DNA from: Fibrobacteria bacterium
GTDB taxonomy: Bacteria > Fibrobacterota > Fibrobacteria > UBA11236 > JADFYW01
Reading direction: 5' to 3'
Assembly: GCA_050294405.1 (NCBI GenBank)
Contig: JBNKOC010000027.1
Span: 32,001-96,000 of the forward strand
DNA: 64,000 nucleotides
The notes beneath the pieces were generated by a model, which searched no databases, was not told where the DNA came from, and saw only the letters and a list, made by a program, of their open reading frames with translations. Below are positions 49,989-60,400 of the stretch, piece by piece. Positions within the stretch are counted from its first letter, which is position 1. Every line of letters starts with the position of its first letter. A program made the translations under genes and the position numbers.

Positions 49989-50741
49989 ATGTCCATTCAG
50001 ACTATAATCGCAGAAACATTTTTTGAAGGAATGAACCGCCAGGATAAAGTCTGGGATGTTATTAGCCATATTGAAGAACATTCTCAAAAACTGGCTAATG
50101 TATTAGACTTGTATTCCTTAAAAACTATGGCCACGGAAAAACATCTTTCCTGGAATGCCATGTTGGATGACGCTCCCTTTAGTTGGATAGAAAAAAATAT
50201 TTTTGATTCGCAAAATAAAGTTCTCCAATTTGAGTCCCTTAGCGGTGACTTTGATATATGGAGAGGTAAATGGAAGGTGGGCCTTAACTCGAAAAACGCA
50301 GTGAGCCTAAAAATTAAATTGGAGTACGAATTAGGTATTCCAGTTCTGGAAGAAAACATCAGCGACATTCTCCAAACAAAAGTTCATGGGTACTTAAAGT
50401 TGTTGCTTCTTAGTATTGGGCGAATTGTGGAGAACAAGCAAAGAGATGAAAGAGTTAATCCACGTTATTATTTAGATGCTTTTCACAATGCCACATTAAA
50501 TGGGCTTAATTCTCCCATTAGCATTGTTGATATATCCAGGGGTGGGGCTAGAATCAAAATAAGCTCAGCTGTTGGAAAGTATACAGAGTCCATTACTATT
50601 GGACAAACTGAGCATGAAGTTGGAGAATTTATCCCTGAACATGGCAATTTTGGTAGAATAATTTTTGCCCACGAATTATCTGATGAATCTTTATCAAGTA
50701 TTCTTGACGAAGCAGAATACATTCGGGCCAACAGCAATTAA
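49989..50741 (+). CDS. SRPBCC/START (polyketide cyclase-like) domain fused to a PilZ domain
   Basis: SGDFDIWRGKW...YELGIP in the N-terminal domain; C-terminal ERVNPR (RxxxR) and DISRGG (DxSxxG); ATG 49989 preferred (AGGGG RBS). Confidence 0.75.
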   Translation: MSIQTIIAETFFEGMNRQDKVWDVISHIEEHSQKLANVLDLYSLKTMATEKHLSWNAMLDDAPFSWIEKNIFDSQNKVLQFESLSGDFDIWRGKWKVGLNSKNAVSLKIKLEYELGIPVLEENISDILQTKVHGYLKLLLLSIGRIVENKQRDERVNPRYYLDAFHNATLNGLNSPISIVDISRGGARIKISSAVGKYTESITIGQTEHEVGEFIPEHGNFGRIIFAHELSDESLSSILDEAEYIRANSN

Positions 50742-50952
50742 CAAATTTAAAAAAGGAAATTCTTTACCGGAATTCCTTGTTCTTGGAGCCTTTATCTTTA
50801 ATATTTAGTTATAGATAAATGTTTATTTAGTTTTTAAAGAAGTCATTTCCCGATAACATGGTTACAGCGCAAAAACCTGGCAAGTTTGCATTAATAAAAC
50901 ATGCTGCTAAAGAATATAGATACATAGTAGCTGATCCAGTTTAGGAATTATT

Positions 50953-52032
50953 TTGGAAAAAATTGCCTTTTTCATTAGTCCTGCAAATTGGGAAATTTTT
51001 TCTCAAAACTTAAACCAACTCAAGCCATCTAAAATATACAGGGAAGAGCTTATAAAGCCAATGTTACAATGGGCTAACCCTAAGGTATTCAAAAGCTTTT
51101 CAGAACTTACATTCGATTCAAAAAAATATTTTGAAGGGTGTATAATTCTTGTTCCTTTTTTCCCGGATCGCCACTATAAAGACAGCAAATTTGTATTAGA
51201 CAAAATAGAATCAGCTTTTGAGGTAGCAAAAAAAGAAAACTGCACTATTGCAACATTAACAGGTTTTAATTCAATTGCTGTCCAAAGCAGAGAGTCTTAT
51301 TTTGAGAAGAAATATAATATAAAGGTTACATCTGGAAATACAACTACGGCGACAATAATCGTTAAATCAATATTGGACATATCCGATAAATTTAATCTTG
51401 ATTTATCAGTTTCATCCTTAGCCATTATTGGAGCCACCGGAGACATTGGAAGAGGCTGCTTTTTAGGATTAGCCGAATATTTTCAAAAAATTTGGCTAAC
51501 GGGCAGAGGTCTTAAGCCGCTGGAAGAGTTATACAATACATATGCAAGCATCTATGATTGCGATATGGAAATTACAATGGATTCTGAATTTGCCATTTCT
51601 GAAAGCCAAATAGCCATTTTTGTAACAAGTTCCCCTAAAGAGCTATTTCATTTAAATGACTTACCAAAAAAGACAATAATTTGCGATGCTTCTTCTCCCA
51701 TTAATATAAAAACCGGCGACTCGTTGAGAGATGACGTTTTTTTATACCACGGAGGAATAGTAAATATTCCCTTTGAGTTTAACTTGGGATTCGATTCAGG
51801 TTTGTCCAGCCAGAGTCATGTGTACGGCTGCGAACTTGAAGGTATGTTAATGGGTGTAAATCCCGATTTATCGGGGTCCCACGGAAGAGGAAATATAGAC
51901 AGCTTTAGACTTAATACCTTTGAATCTGAGCTTATAAAATATCCTAATATTAGTTTAGCTTATTCGTGGAAAAACAAACAGTATCACAACATGGAACTAT
52001 TAACCTATGCGAACTATTGGCGGAACTCTTAA
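50953..52032 (+). CDS. Long-chain acyl-ACP reductase (AAR)-like protein
   Basis: LTGFNSI, VTSGNTTTA, IIGATGDIG, CDASSP.N, GGIV, YGCELEGML (putative catalytic Cys), SHGRGNI, all colinear with cyanobacterial AAR motifs as I recall them; TTG start with AGGA RBS. Confidence 0.78.
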   Translation: MEKIAFFISPANWEIFSQNLNQLKPSKIYREELIKPMLQWANPKVFKSFSELTFDSKKYFEGCIILVPFFPDRHYKDSKFVLDKIESAFEVAKKENCTIATLTGFNSIAVQSRESYFEKKYNIKVTSGNTTTATIIVKSILDISDKFNLDLSVSSLAIIGATGDIGRGCFLGLAEYFQKIWLTGRGLKPLEELYNTYASIYDCDMEITMDSEFAISESQIAIFVTSSPKELFHLNDLPKKTIICDASSPINIKTGDSLRDDVFLYHGGIVNIPFEFNLGFDSGLSSQSHVYGCELEGMLMGVNPDLSGSHGRGNIDSFRLNTFESELIKYPNISLAYSWKNKQYHNMELLTYANYWRNS

Positions 52033-55000
52033 AGGCCCATTTCTTCCGCGATTTTAAAGGATAATTTTTCCACCGTAGAGTTTTCCAACACGTCCATTGA
52101 ATTTATTTCGACAGCTAACTCCATTGAGATGGCTGAGACTAATTCAACCGCTAATATGGAATCAATACCAAGATCATTTATCAGCGCATGATTTGAAATT
52201 TGACCGACATCAATGTTAAGCATTTTTGAAAGTGTTTCCTTTAAAAAAGTATGAATTGAATTAATGTCCTTTTTTATTGAATCTTGAACCCATTCAACTT
52301 GAGCCTTTTCTATTTTATACTTTTCTATAACTTTTCCAAAATATTTCGCATCATAAAAATCAGGGTATTTTTTTAGCCACTTACTCCAATCAGACTTGAA
52401 ACATCCAATTTGAGGCTGATTAGTTCGCAGTGTCAGATTAATAGTATTTAAAACATCGTCAATAGTTAAGTATTCCAGACCAATTGATTTTAAATAATTT
52501 TGGGCTGCCTGGTTCTTCGCCGCAGCGCCTACGGCTTCCACAGGCCCTAAATTTATAGAAAAGCTTGCAAAGCCTTGTAACCTCATATGCTGCATAAGAC
52601 CATCTAAAAAGCCGTTTGACGCCCCGTAGGCCAACTGACCCTGGTTTCCGACAATTGAAGTTATAGAAGAAAAACTAATGAAAAATTTTATTCTTTTTTT
52701 GTCCAATAGTTCAAAAATATTTAGGGCTCCTACAACTTTTGGGTTAAGTGTCTTAACAAAATTATTTCTTGTGACATTTTCAAATAATTTGTCTTCAATA
52801 ACAGCTGCAGAGTGAAAAACACCTGAAATTTTAAATCCGGTACTCTGAATTTTATCGAAAAATTGTTTTAGTTCTGCTTTATTGGCTATGTCCATTTTAC
52901 CTGAAAAAATTTGAATTCCAGATTCATTCGAGTTACGAATGAAATTAATAGCTTCTTCGGATTTAGGCCCGCTCCTTCCGCACAATGCAATGTTTTTGGC
53001 CCCATTTTTTATCAACCATTTTGCCACCTCAATTCCCAGCCCTCCAAACCCTCCGGTAATCAGGAAAACATCCTTTGAATTAATAATGTTTTGTTTGATG
53101 TTTGCATCACAGACTGGAATTGGGAGGCGGGTTTCTTTATTAATGTCTTCCACTCTTTTTAGACGCGCAAGATCCATCGGATCCAGAAAAATTGTATAAA
53201 ATTTGTTTTTGATGCTGCATAAGCAATCTGTGTTACCGGCCATAAGGGTTAATTCTGAAGGAATATTATAATTAATAGCAAACCTCATATTCCGAAGTTC
53301 AATAGCCGCCGTTTTTAAGAAGCTGCTTATCATAGTAAACTCGGGATTTTCCAAAGGGTTTTCATTTTTAGAATGCATTTTAACAATTACATTTCGAATA
53401 TTGCCCGACTTGCCTGCCAAAGAAATAATGTTTTGAAGCCTGGCTAGGGTATCGGCAGTTTTATTGCCGTAAAAATTATTACTAGATGTAATATTTTGGA
53501 TACTCAATGTATTTTTATTCTTAATATCCACGAAATTTTTGGAAGATACTTTTGCATTTAGACCCAATTTAATTACATCTACATTTGAAATGTCTAATAC
53601 TTTATTTCTATCAATTTCCGTTAAGGATGGATTATAGTATATCCAATTCTTAAATCCTGGAGATGGTATGGACTTGAACACTAAGTTTTCGACAACGGCT
53701 AATATGTGACCGTATTGGGATATTACCTTTAAGTTAACAGCCATTTTTTCCTCTGAAGAGGTGTGGATTTCTCCATATACATAAAAACCCTCCTCTGGTA
53801 GAGAAAATATTGAAATTTTTTTAATCTCACTGGGTACATATTTTTCATTATTTGGAACAAAAGCCAGACAAGCCTGAAGACATGCATCCAAATTTCCAGA
53901 AAAGTACTTAAAACCATCAATACTTTCGAAATTAAAATTTATCTCGGCAAGGAATTCACTATCAAGCAGGAATAAATTCTTAATTGAAGCAAAACTTCTT
54001 TTATAATCGTACCCCAACTCCCGAAAGTAATCATATACGTCATCTCCCAATATTGAAACTTTACCGAACTTTTGTTTCAATGTGACCAATTCAATTCCCG
54101 AAGGCTCTTCAAATTCACTAACATCAATATTTGCCCGAGCACATAAATTCCATGGAGATTCATTAGACACTTGCTTAGTATAGAATAATATATCAGATGC
54201 TTGTTCATTATAGTGGGTTTGCATATCCACTACATCTTCGTCTGGAATGACAATCATTTTCAATATTTTGAAGTTATGGATATCAAGCTTTTTTATACTC
54301 TCCTGATATTTTGTGAAATGTAATATTGAATCAATAAAACCCATGCCGGGAAACACTTTTTTACCCAAGACACAGTGGTCAGGCAAAAATGGAAAAAAAT
54401 AATCATTTAACTCCGCGTTCCATACTTCCCCAGGTACATTCATTTTCACCTGCATAAATGGGCTATTGCCGGGGTTCCCTACCCTGGCTACCTTGGATTC
54501 TGGAGATTCTGACCAATGGTAGGATTTTTGCCAGGGATAGCTTGGTATTCTTATAAAATTACCTCTCGGGTGAATAATTTGCTCCCAATTTATGTTCCCA
54601 CCTATCGTAAAAAAAGAGGAAAGGGATTGAAAAAAGCATTCCACCGCATCTTGCTCCCGTAACAGAGAATTAACATAGTTAAATGGTATCCTTTTTACAT
54701 CACAGACTTTTTTAATTGATGATTTCAGCACATGATGTGCACTTATTTCAACAATAACATCATAACCGTCTTTCAGTGCTTCTTCGAATGCCTTGTGAAA
54801 ATATACCGGTTGCCTGATGTTATTACACCAGTAATCTGGGTTGAAAACAGCATCATTTACTTTTTCGCCAAATACTGAAGAATAAAGATTAATAGCCGGA
54901 GCCTTAGACTTCAGGCCCTTTATTGATTTTCTGAATTTGGGTAATATGTGATCAATTATCGGACTGTGGTAGGGAACATTTACATTTAGCATTCTTGAAA

Positions 55001-57152
55001 CTATTTTATTTTCATAAAGGATTGCTTTTAACCTTTTTAATTCTTCATGATCACCAGATAGTGTCACAGTATTAAAATCGTTGTATGCTCCTATTCCTAT
55101 TGATTCAGGAACTAATTCAAATAACTCTTTCTTGTTTTCCTCCGTATAACTCACGGCTAACATTGAACCCTTTCCCTGGATACTTTTGTATGCCTGGCCT
55201 TTTCTAATAGACAGCAAAACTGCTTCACGCAATGTTAAACACCCTGCGGCATGGGCTGCCGCTGTTTCTCCCAAACTATGGCCAATGCAGCCATCCGGTG
55301 TGACCCCATAGTGTTTCCACAGTTCCGTCAAGCTTAATTGAAGACAAACCAAGGCTACTTGTAAAACTTCGGTATCATTTATTCGCGACTTTTCCTTTGA
55401 CTTTGAAAGTTCTTTTACCAAAGACCAACCGGCATATTTACTTACAATCTTGTCGCATCTATCCAGAACATTTTTATAAATAGAGTTTTTTTTGTAAAGT
55501 TCTTTCCCCATTGCATGCCACTGCGGGCCCGAACCCGGAAAAACAAATAGTACTTTTGAATTTTTAGTTGCAACGGATCCACGAATTATATTTGCGTTCT
55601 TTTTTAAATCTTTTAAAAGGCTTAGTTTTTCTTTTAGTTCCTCTGTGTTTTTGCCAATAATAACAGCTCTCTCCGAATGATGGGTTCTTCGATAGCTGAG
55701 TGTGTAAGCAAAATCATTCAAGTTTATGCTTTTTTTATTCAAAAAATCATGGTAACGGCTCGCTGTTTCGGCTAGAGCCCGTTCCCCTCTTGCTGTAATT
55801 GGGAGCATATAAAAAGGCTCAAGTATTTTTGCTGATTTTATTTTTTCTGTTTTAGTCCAATTGCTCAAAATCGCATGTCCGTTTGAGCCCCCATAGCCAA
55901 AAGAATTGACTGAAGCCAAAAGATATTTCTTTGAGGGAAGTTTCTTATTTTTTTGGGTGACATGGATTAACAGCGATTTAAAATCAATCTCCGGGTTCAA
56001 TTTCGCGGAATGGAGTGAGGGGACAACAGCCTGATGCTTCAAGATCAGAGACGCCTTTATGATTCCAGCAATCCCCGCTGCTGCTTCGGTATGGCCTATA
56101 TTTGACTTAATGGACCCCACATCAACCTTTGACTTCACTCCCTCACTTTTTAGTAACTCGTTGATGGACCAGCTTTCTGCCTTGTCTCCTGCATCAGTAC
56201 CTGTTCCGTGAGCCTCAAAATAAACCAAGTTTTTTACGGATTTTGGTATTTCAGAATAGGCTTTCTTCATTAATTTTAATTGAGCCTCGGGACTGGGCAA
56301 TGTAATTCCGTTGGTTCTACCGTCCTGGTTAATTCGGACATTTTCAATAACTGCATAAATTTTGTCCCCATTTTTTACTGCATCTTCAAGCGGTCTAACA
56401 ACCACTACTCCCGCACCTTCTCCTCTGCCGTATCCATTGGCATTATCTCCAAAAGCTCTGGAACGGTTTGAAATTAAACTACCTTTTGCAAGATTCACCA
56501 TTGAAATAGGGTTAAAAATCACGTTAACTCCCCCAATTAAGGCAACATCTGATTCCTTATTTTGAATTGATTGAAACGCCAGGGCCAAAGCCGTCATTGA
56601 GGAAGAGCAGGCAGTATCCACAGATAAACTTGGGCCTTTAAAATCAAATACATAAGAAACTTTATTTGAAATGACAGACATCATCACATTTATAGCATGT
56701 TCTTTTTTTATAGAATAACGATTTAGATACCCGCTTTGGTGCAGATAATTTTCTAAGTGAAAGGCTCCAACGAACACTCCAGTTGTCATTTTTTGTAATT
56801 CAGACAATGTGAGTCCACTATCCTCTATAGCCTCCCATGAGGATTCAAGAATTAACCTTTGTTGCGGGTCTATGGAATCCACTTCGTTTGCATTGAGACC
56901 AAAAAATAGAGGGTCAAATTCCCACAATGAGCTTGTGAGAAAACCGGCTTCAAGTGCGTTTGATTTTCCAGGTTTATTAGGATTGGGATGGTAGAATTTC
57001 CTTAAATCCCACCTGTCTGTTGGAATTTTTCTGAAGCAGTCTTTCCCTGAAACTAAGTTGTTCCACAAGGCCTCCACAGAGTCTGCCCCGCCGGGAAATC
57101 GACAGCCTATGCCAGTTATGGCAAGAGGGCTTTTTCTCAGATTTTTCATCAA
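52029..57152 (-). CDS. Single-module type I polyketide synthase (KS-AT-DH-KR-ACP; no ER, no TE)
   Basis: KS: DTACSSS, EAHGTGT, KSNIGH. AT: GHSLG, PYHS. DH: HCVLGKKVFP, LDACLQ. KR: GGFGGLG, YGASN. ACP: LGIDSI. Confidence 0.94.
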   Translation of the reverse strand: MMKNLRKSPLAITGIGCRFPGGADSVEALWNNLVSGKDCFRKIPTDRWDLRKFYHPNPNKPGKSNALEAGFLTSSLWEFDPLFFGLNANEVDSIDPQQRLILESSWEAIEDSGLTLSELQKMTTGVFVGAFHLENYLHQSGYLNRYSIKKEHAINVMMSVISNKVSYVFDFKGPSLSVDTACSSSMTALALAFQSIQNKESDVALIGGVNVIFNPISMVNLAKGSLISNRSRAFGDNANGYGRGEGAGVVVVRPLEDAVKNGDKIYAVIENVRINQDGRTNGITLPSPEAQLKLMKKAYSEIPKSVKNLVYFEAHGTGTDAGDKAESWSINELLKSEGVKSKVDVGSIKSNIGHTEAAAGIAGIIKASLILKHQAVVPSLHSAKLNPEIDFKSLLIHVTQKNKKLPSKKYLLASVNSFGYGGSNGHAILSNWTKTEKIKSAKILEPFYMLPITARGERALAETASRYHDFLNKKSINLNDFAYTLSYRRTHHSERAVIIGKNTEELKEKLSLLKDLKKNANIIRGSVATKNSKVLFVFPGSGPQWHAMGKELYKKNSIYKNVLDRCDKIVSKYAGWSLVKELSKSKEKSRINDTEVLQVALVCLQLSLTELWKHYGVTPDGCIGHSLGETAAAHAAGCLTLREAVLLSIRKGQAYKSIQGKGSMLAVSYTEENKKELFELVPESIGIGAYNDFNTVTLSGDHEELKRLKAILYENKIVSRMLNVNVPYHSPIIDHILPKFRKSIKGLKSKAPAINLYSSVFGEKVNDAVFNPDYWCNNIRQPVYFHKAFEEALKDGYDVIVEISAHHVLKSSIKKVCDVKRIPFNYVNSLLREQDAVECFFQSLSSFFTIGGNINWEQIIHPRGNFIRIPSYPWQKSYHWSESPESKVARVGNPGNSPFMQVKMNVPGEVWNAELNDYFFPFLPDHCVLGKKVFPGMGFIDSILHFTKYQESIKKLDIHNFKILKMIVIPDEDVVDMQTHYNEQASDILFYTKQVSNESPWNLCARANIDVSEFEEPSGIELVTLKQKFGKVSILGDDVYDYFRELGYDYKRSFASIKNLFLLDSEFLAEINFNFESIDGFKYFSGNLDACLQACLAFVPNNEKYVPSEIKKISIFSLPEEGFYVYGEIHTSSEEKMAVNLKVISQYGHILAVVENLVFKSIPSPGFKNWIYYNPSLTEIDRNKVLDISNVDVIKLGLNAKVSSKNFVDIKNKNTLSIQNITSSNNFYGNKTADTLARLQNIISLAGKSGNIRNVIVKMHSKNENPLENPEFTMISSFLKTAAIELRNMRFAINYNIPSELTLMAGNTDCLCSIKNKFYTIFLDPMDLARLKRVEDINKETRLPIPVCDANIKQNIINSKDVFLITGGFGGLGIEVAKWLIKNGAKNIALCGRSGPKSEEAINFIRNSNESGIQIFSGKMDIANKAELKQFFDKIQSTGFKISGVFHSAAVIEDKLFENVTRNNFVKTLNPKVVGALNIFELLDKKRIKFFISFSSITSIVGNQGQLAYGASNGFLDGLMQHMRLQGFASFSINLGPVEAVGAAAKNQAAQNYLKSIGLEYLTIDDVLNTINLTLRTNQPQIGCFKSDWSKWLKKYPDFYDAKYFGKVIEKYKIEKAQVEWVQDSIKKDINSIHTFLKETLSKMLNIDVGQISNHALINDLGIDSILAVELVSAISMELAVEINSMDVLENSTVEKLSFKIAEEMGL

Positions 57153-57425
57153 TTTTTACATCCTTCCAAGAATCCAAAACAAATTCTCAAACCAATTCAT
57201 TACTGCATTCAATCTAAAAACTAATGAACTTTAAATAAGAATTCTAAAAACATATAGTTTTTTGTTAAAAAAATGAATTTAGGTAGGTAAACATGATATA
57301 ATCTGCAAATAATCTACAAAAACTCTATTTGGACTTAATCGAAAGAAGAACATGATTTTAAATACTACTTTTGATTTAATCAGGCAAGGTTTTAGTCTAT
57401 ATAGGTGAAAAGGATTTAGCCAAAT

Positions 57426-60400
57426 ATGATTCCAAAGCAATTAGGGAAGTATAGAATCATTTCACCCATTGGAAAGGGATATGATAGCACAGTTTATCTT
57501 TGCCAGGATCTAGAAACCAACAAAAAGTATATTCTAAAATCGCTCTCCAAAGTAAATTCAAATTTGGAAAAGGTTATAAGCTCAAGTGTAAGGTTTAAAA
57601 ATGAAATTGATATTTTAGATACTATAAATCACGAAAATATTAATTCCATCCATGATTCATTTTTGCATGATGAACATTATCAAATTGTCTTTCCCTATGA
57701 GCCCGGAGTTACACTAAACGAAAGAATTGAATCTTCAGGTGTCATAGACACTGAAAACGCAATTAAAATTATTTCCCAAATCTTGGAAGGGTTAAAGTAC
57801 ATTCATTCGAGAGGGTATGTGCACTGTGACATTAACCCAAATAACATCTATATTCTGGAAAACGGACTTGTCAAAATATTGGATTTTGGATTCGCATTTC
57901 TTGATTCCGAAAATATGTCTAAGAATCCGGGAAGTATTGTGGGAACCATACCTTATCTGGCTCCGGAACAAACTGGTTACACAAACTTTAAAATTGATGC
58001 GCGAACAGATACATTTTGTACCGGTGTCATTTTATATCGACTACTTGCCAATAAATTACCGTTTGAAATTAAAGATAATTCTATCACCGAATTGATTGAT
58101 TCCATTTTAAAATGTGATATCAAGCCGTTAAAAAATATTCCCATAAAGTTCAATCAGATCTTAATCAAGTCATTGCAGCCCAATCCAGCCGACAGATACC
58201 AAACAGCCCAGGGGTTTTTGGAAGATTTAAACCAAGCTATGAAATTAGAAGAAAGTGAAGTATGGAAAGTTGGGGATAAGGATAGAGTTATATCCATTAA
58301 CAGAAAAAAAATATTTATCGGCAGGAACAATGAATTATCACAAATATCCGATGTTTTAAAAATACACAACTCAACAAGGGCAGGATCCCTATTGGTATAT
58401 GGCTCGTCAGGAATGGGAAAATCTTTCTTAATAAAACATTTAAAATCAAAAAACATAATAACTGCACCTGTTATAATTGAAAGTAAATGCAACAGGTTCA
58501 GCAAAAGCCAACCCTTCTCTACGCTGCGTGATTTAATATTGAATTTTTTGTATGATCAGGTGAAATCGTCCACGGACTTAGCAAACCTCGAGAGCTTTGT
58601 TAATGAAAAATATGGCTCGAAATCGGGGCATATATTAGAAGCTATCCCCGAATTAGCTCCTTTTTTTAAATCCGTAAATTTTGAGAAAAGTGTTGAAAAT
58701 CAATCAAACAGGTTAAACCATTATCTTTTTAATTTTTTCAGGGAATTAGGGAACAAATACAAAATAATGCTGCACATTGATGATTTTCAATGGATTGACC
58801 ATCCCAGTTTTTTAGTTATATCAAAGTTATTGGAGTCCAAAAACAGGCCGTTTATAATAATCAGTTACCGCACGGAAAAACAAAATTCGGATTTATTTGT
58901 TGATGATTATGACTTAAATAAAATTGAGTTTACAGCCACTATTAACCTTAAAGCTTTTGATAAGAAAGATGTTATTGCATATTTGGACACCAAGTTTGGA
59001 AGTTTTGGAAACCAAAGCCAATTAGCAGACATTTTAATTTCTAAAACGAATTCATCTCCCTTTGAAATTGAAGAAGCGTTAATACATCTAACAAATAATA
59101 ATCTGATTATTCCAAAGGACAAGGATTGGAAAATAAGTATCAAAACAATACAAGCTGTAGGTGAAAAATTTAACATAATTGATATCCTTTCTCATAAAAT
59201 TAAGTTTTTGTCTATTGAAGAAAAGAAAATATTAGAATTTGCAAGCGCTTCTCAAAAACCCATTAACCCTTCTTTGCTTATATCAATCTTTAATTTGCCT
59301 AGGAAAGAAACACATTTAATTATCAATGATTTACTGTCCCAGGGTTTATTAAAAATGGACATTTCTGGAAAATTTGCTTTTACTCACGATCAAATCAGAG
59401 ACATTATATATTTAGGAATCAGCAGTAGCAAACAAATTCAAATAAATGAACAATATGCAAAACATTTTGAAGGCTTAATTGAACTGAATAATGAAATTAT
59501 TTTTGATACAGCTGAATACTATTTAAAAACGAATAATTCTTCCATGACCCTAAAATATTTAAAAATGGCTTCGGAACATGCAGAATCAAAACACGACCTA
59601 ACCCTGGCTAAATATTACCTAAGAAAGACCCTGCAAATCTATTCGATTGTACCGGATCAAAAGTCAAAAAAAACAGTAGACATTACTTTGGAAAATATAC
59701 GCTTAGCAAAGTTAATGCTGATGAGCGGAAACAACCGTGAAGTCATTGGTTTTTTAGAAAAGTTTATATACAAAAACAAACTCCCCGAATTGCAAAAATT
59801 AGAATGCAAATACATACTAGGCTCTGCATACCAATATACGTCAAATTTTGATGAAGCCATCAAATGTTACATGGGCGCTTTACAATCACTAAAGAAAAAT
59901 TTTCCAAAAAACCGCATTACCCTCATTACAAAAACATTATTTCAAATATTTATACAATACAGTACATCTTGGGTTTTTATTAATTTTTATCAAAAACCAA
60001 AGAAAGCAGAGTATCAACTAAAAATTAACATATACCGAAGACTAGTACATTGCTTCTTTTATAAAGACCTTCTTTCTTGTGTTTATGTCGCATTTTGTGC
60101 AAAAAATATGGCCGACAAAAGCATTGATACAAAAGAAAAAATAGAAGCTTATTTACAGCATTCTTACGGATTGTATTTTATGTATTTAAAAAAATCTTCA
60201 TTTAACCTAATGAATAAAGCAATGAGGATTGCATTGAGAATCCAAAGAGTGGACACCATAGCAGAGGCCCACTGTTGGAAAGGAATGATAGAGTACTGCG
60301 ATGGGAAATGGATTACGGCAAAAACAGAATTAAAAGAAAGTATAAAAAAGTACCAATCTATAGCGGATATCAACTCTTCATTACTACCGGAGTCTCATTT

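Noticed and set aside
50858..50944. 28-codon ORF (MVTAQKPGKFALIKH...) ending at the AAR RBS; possible leader or precursor peptide
   Set aside because: No convincing RBS, out of frame with AAR, and its length is compatible with chance
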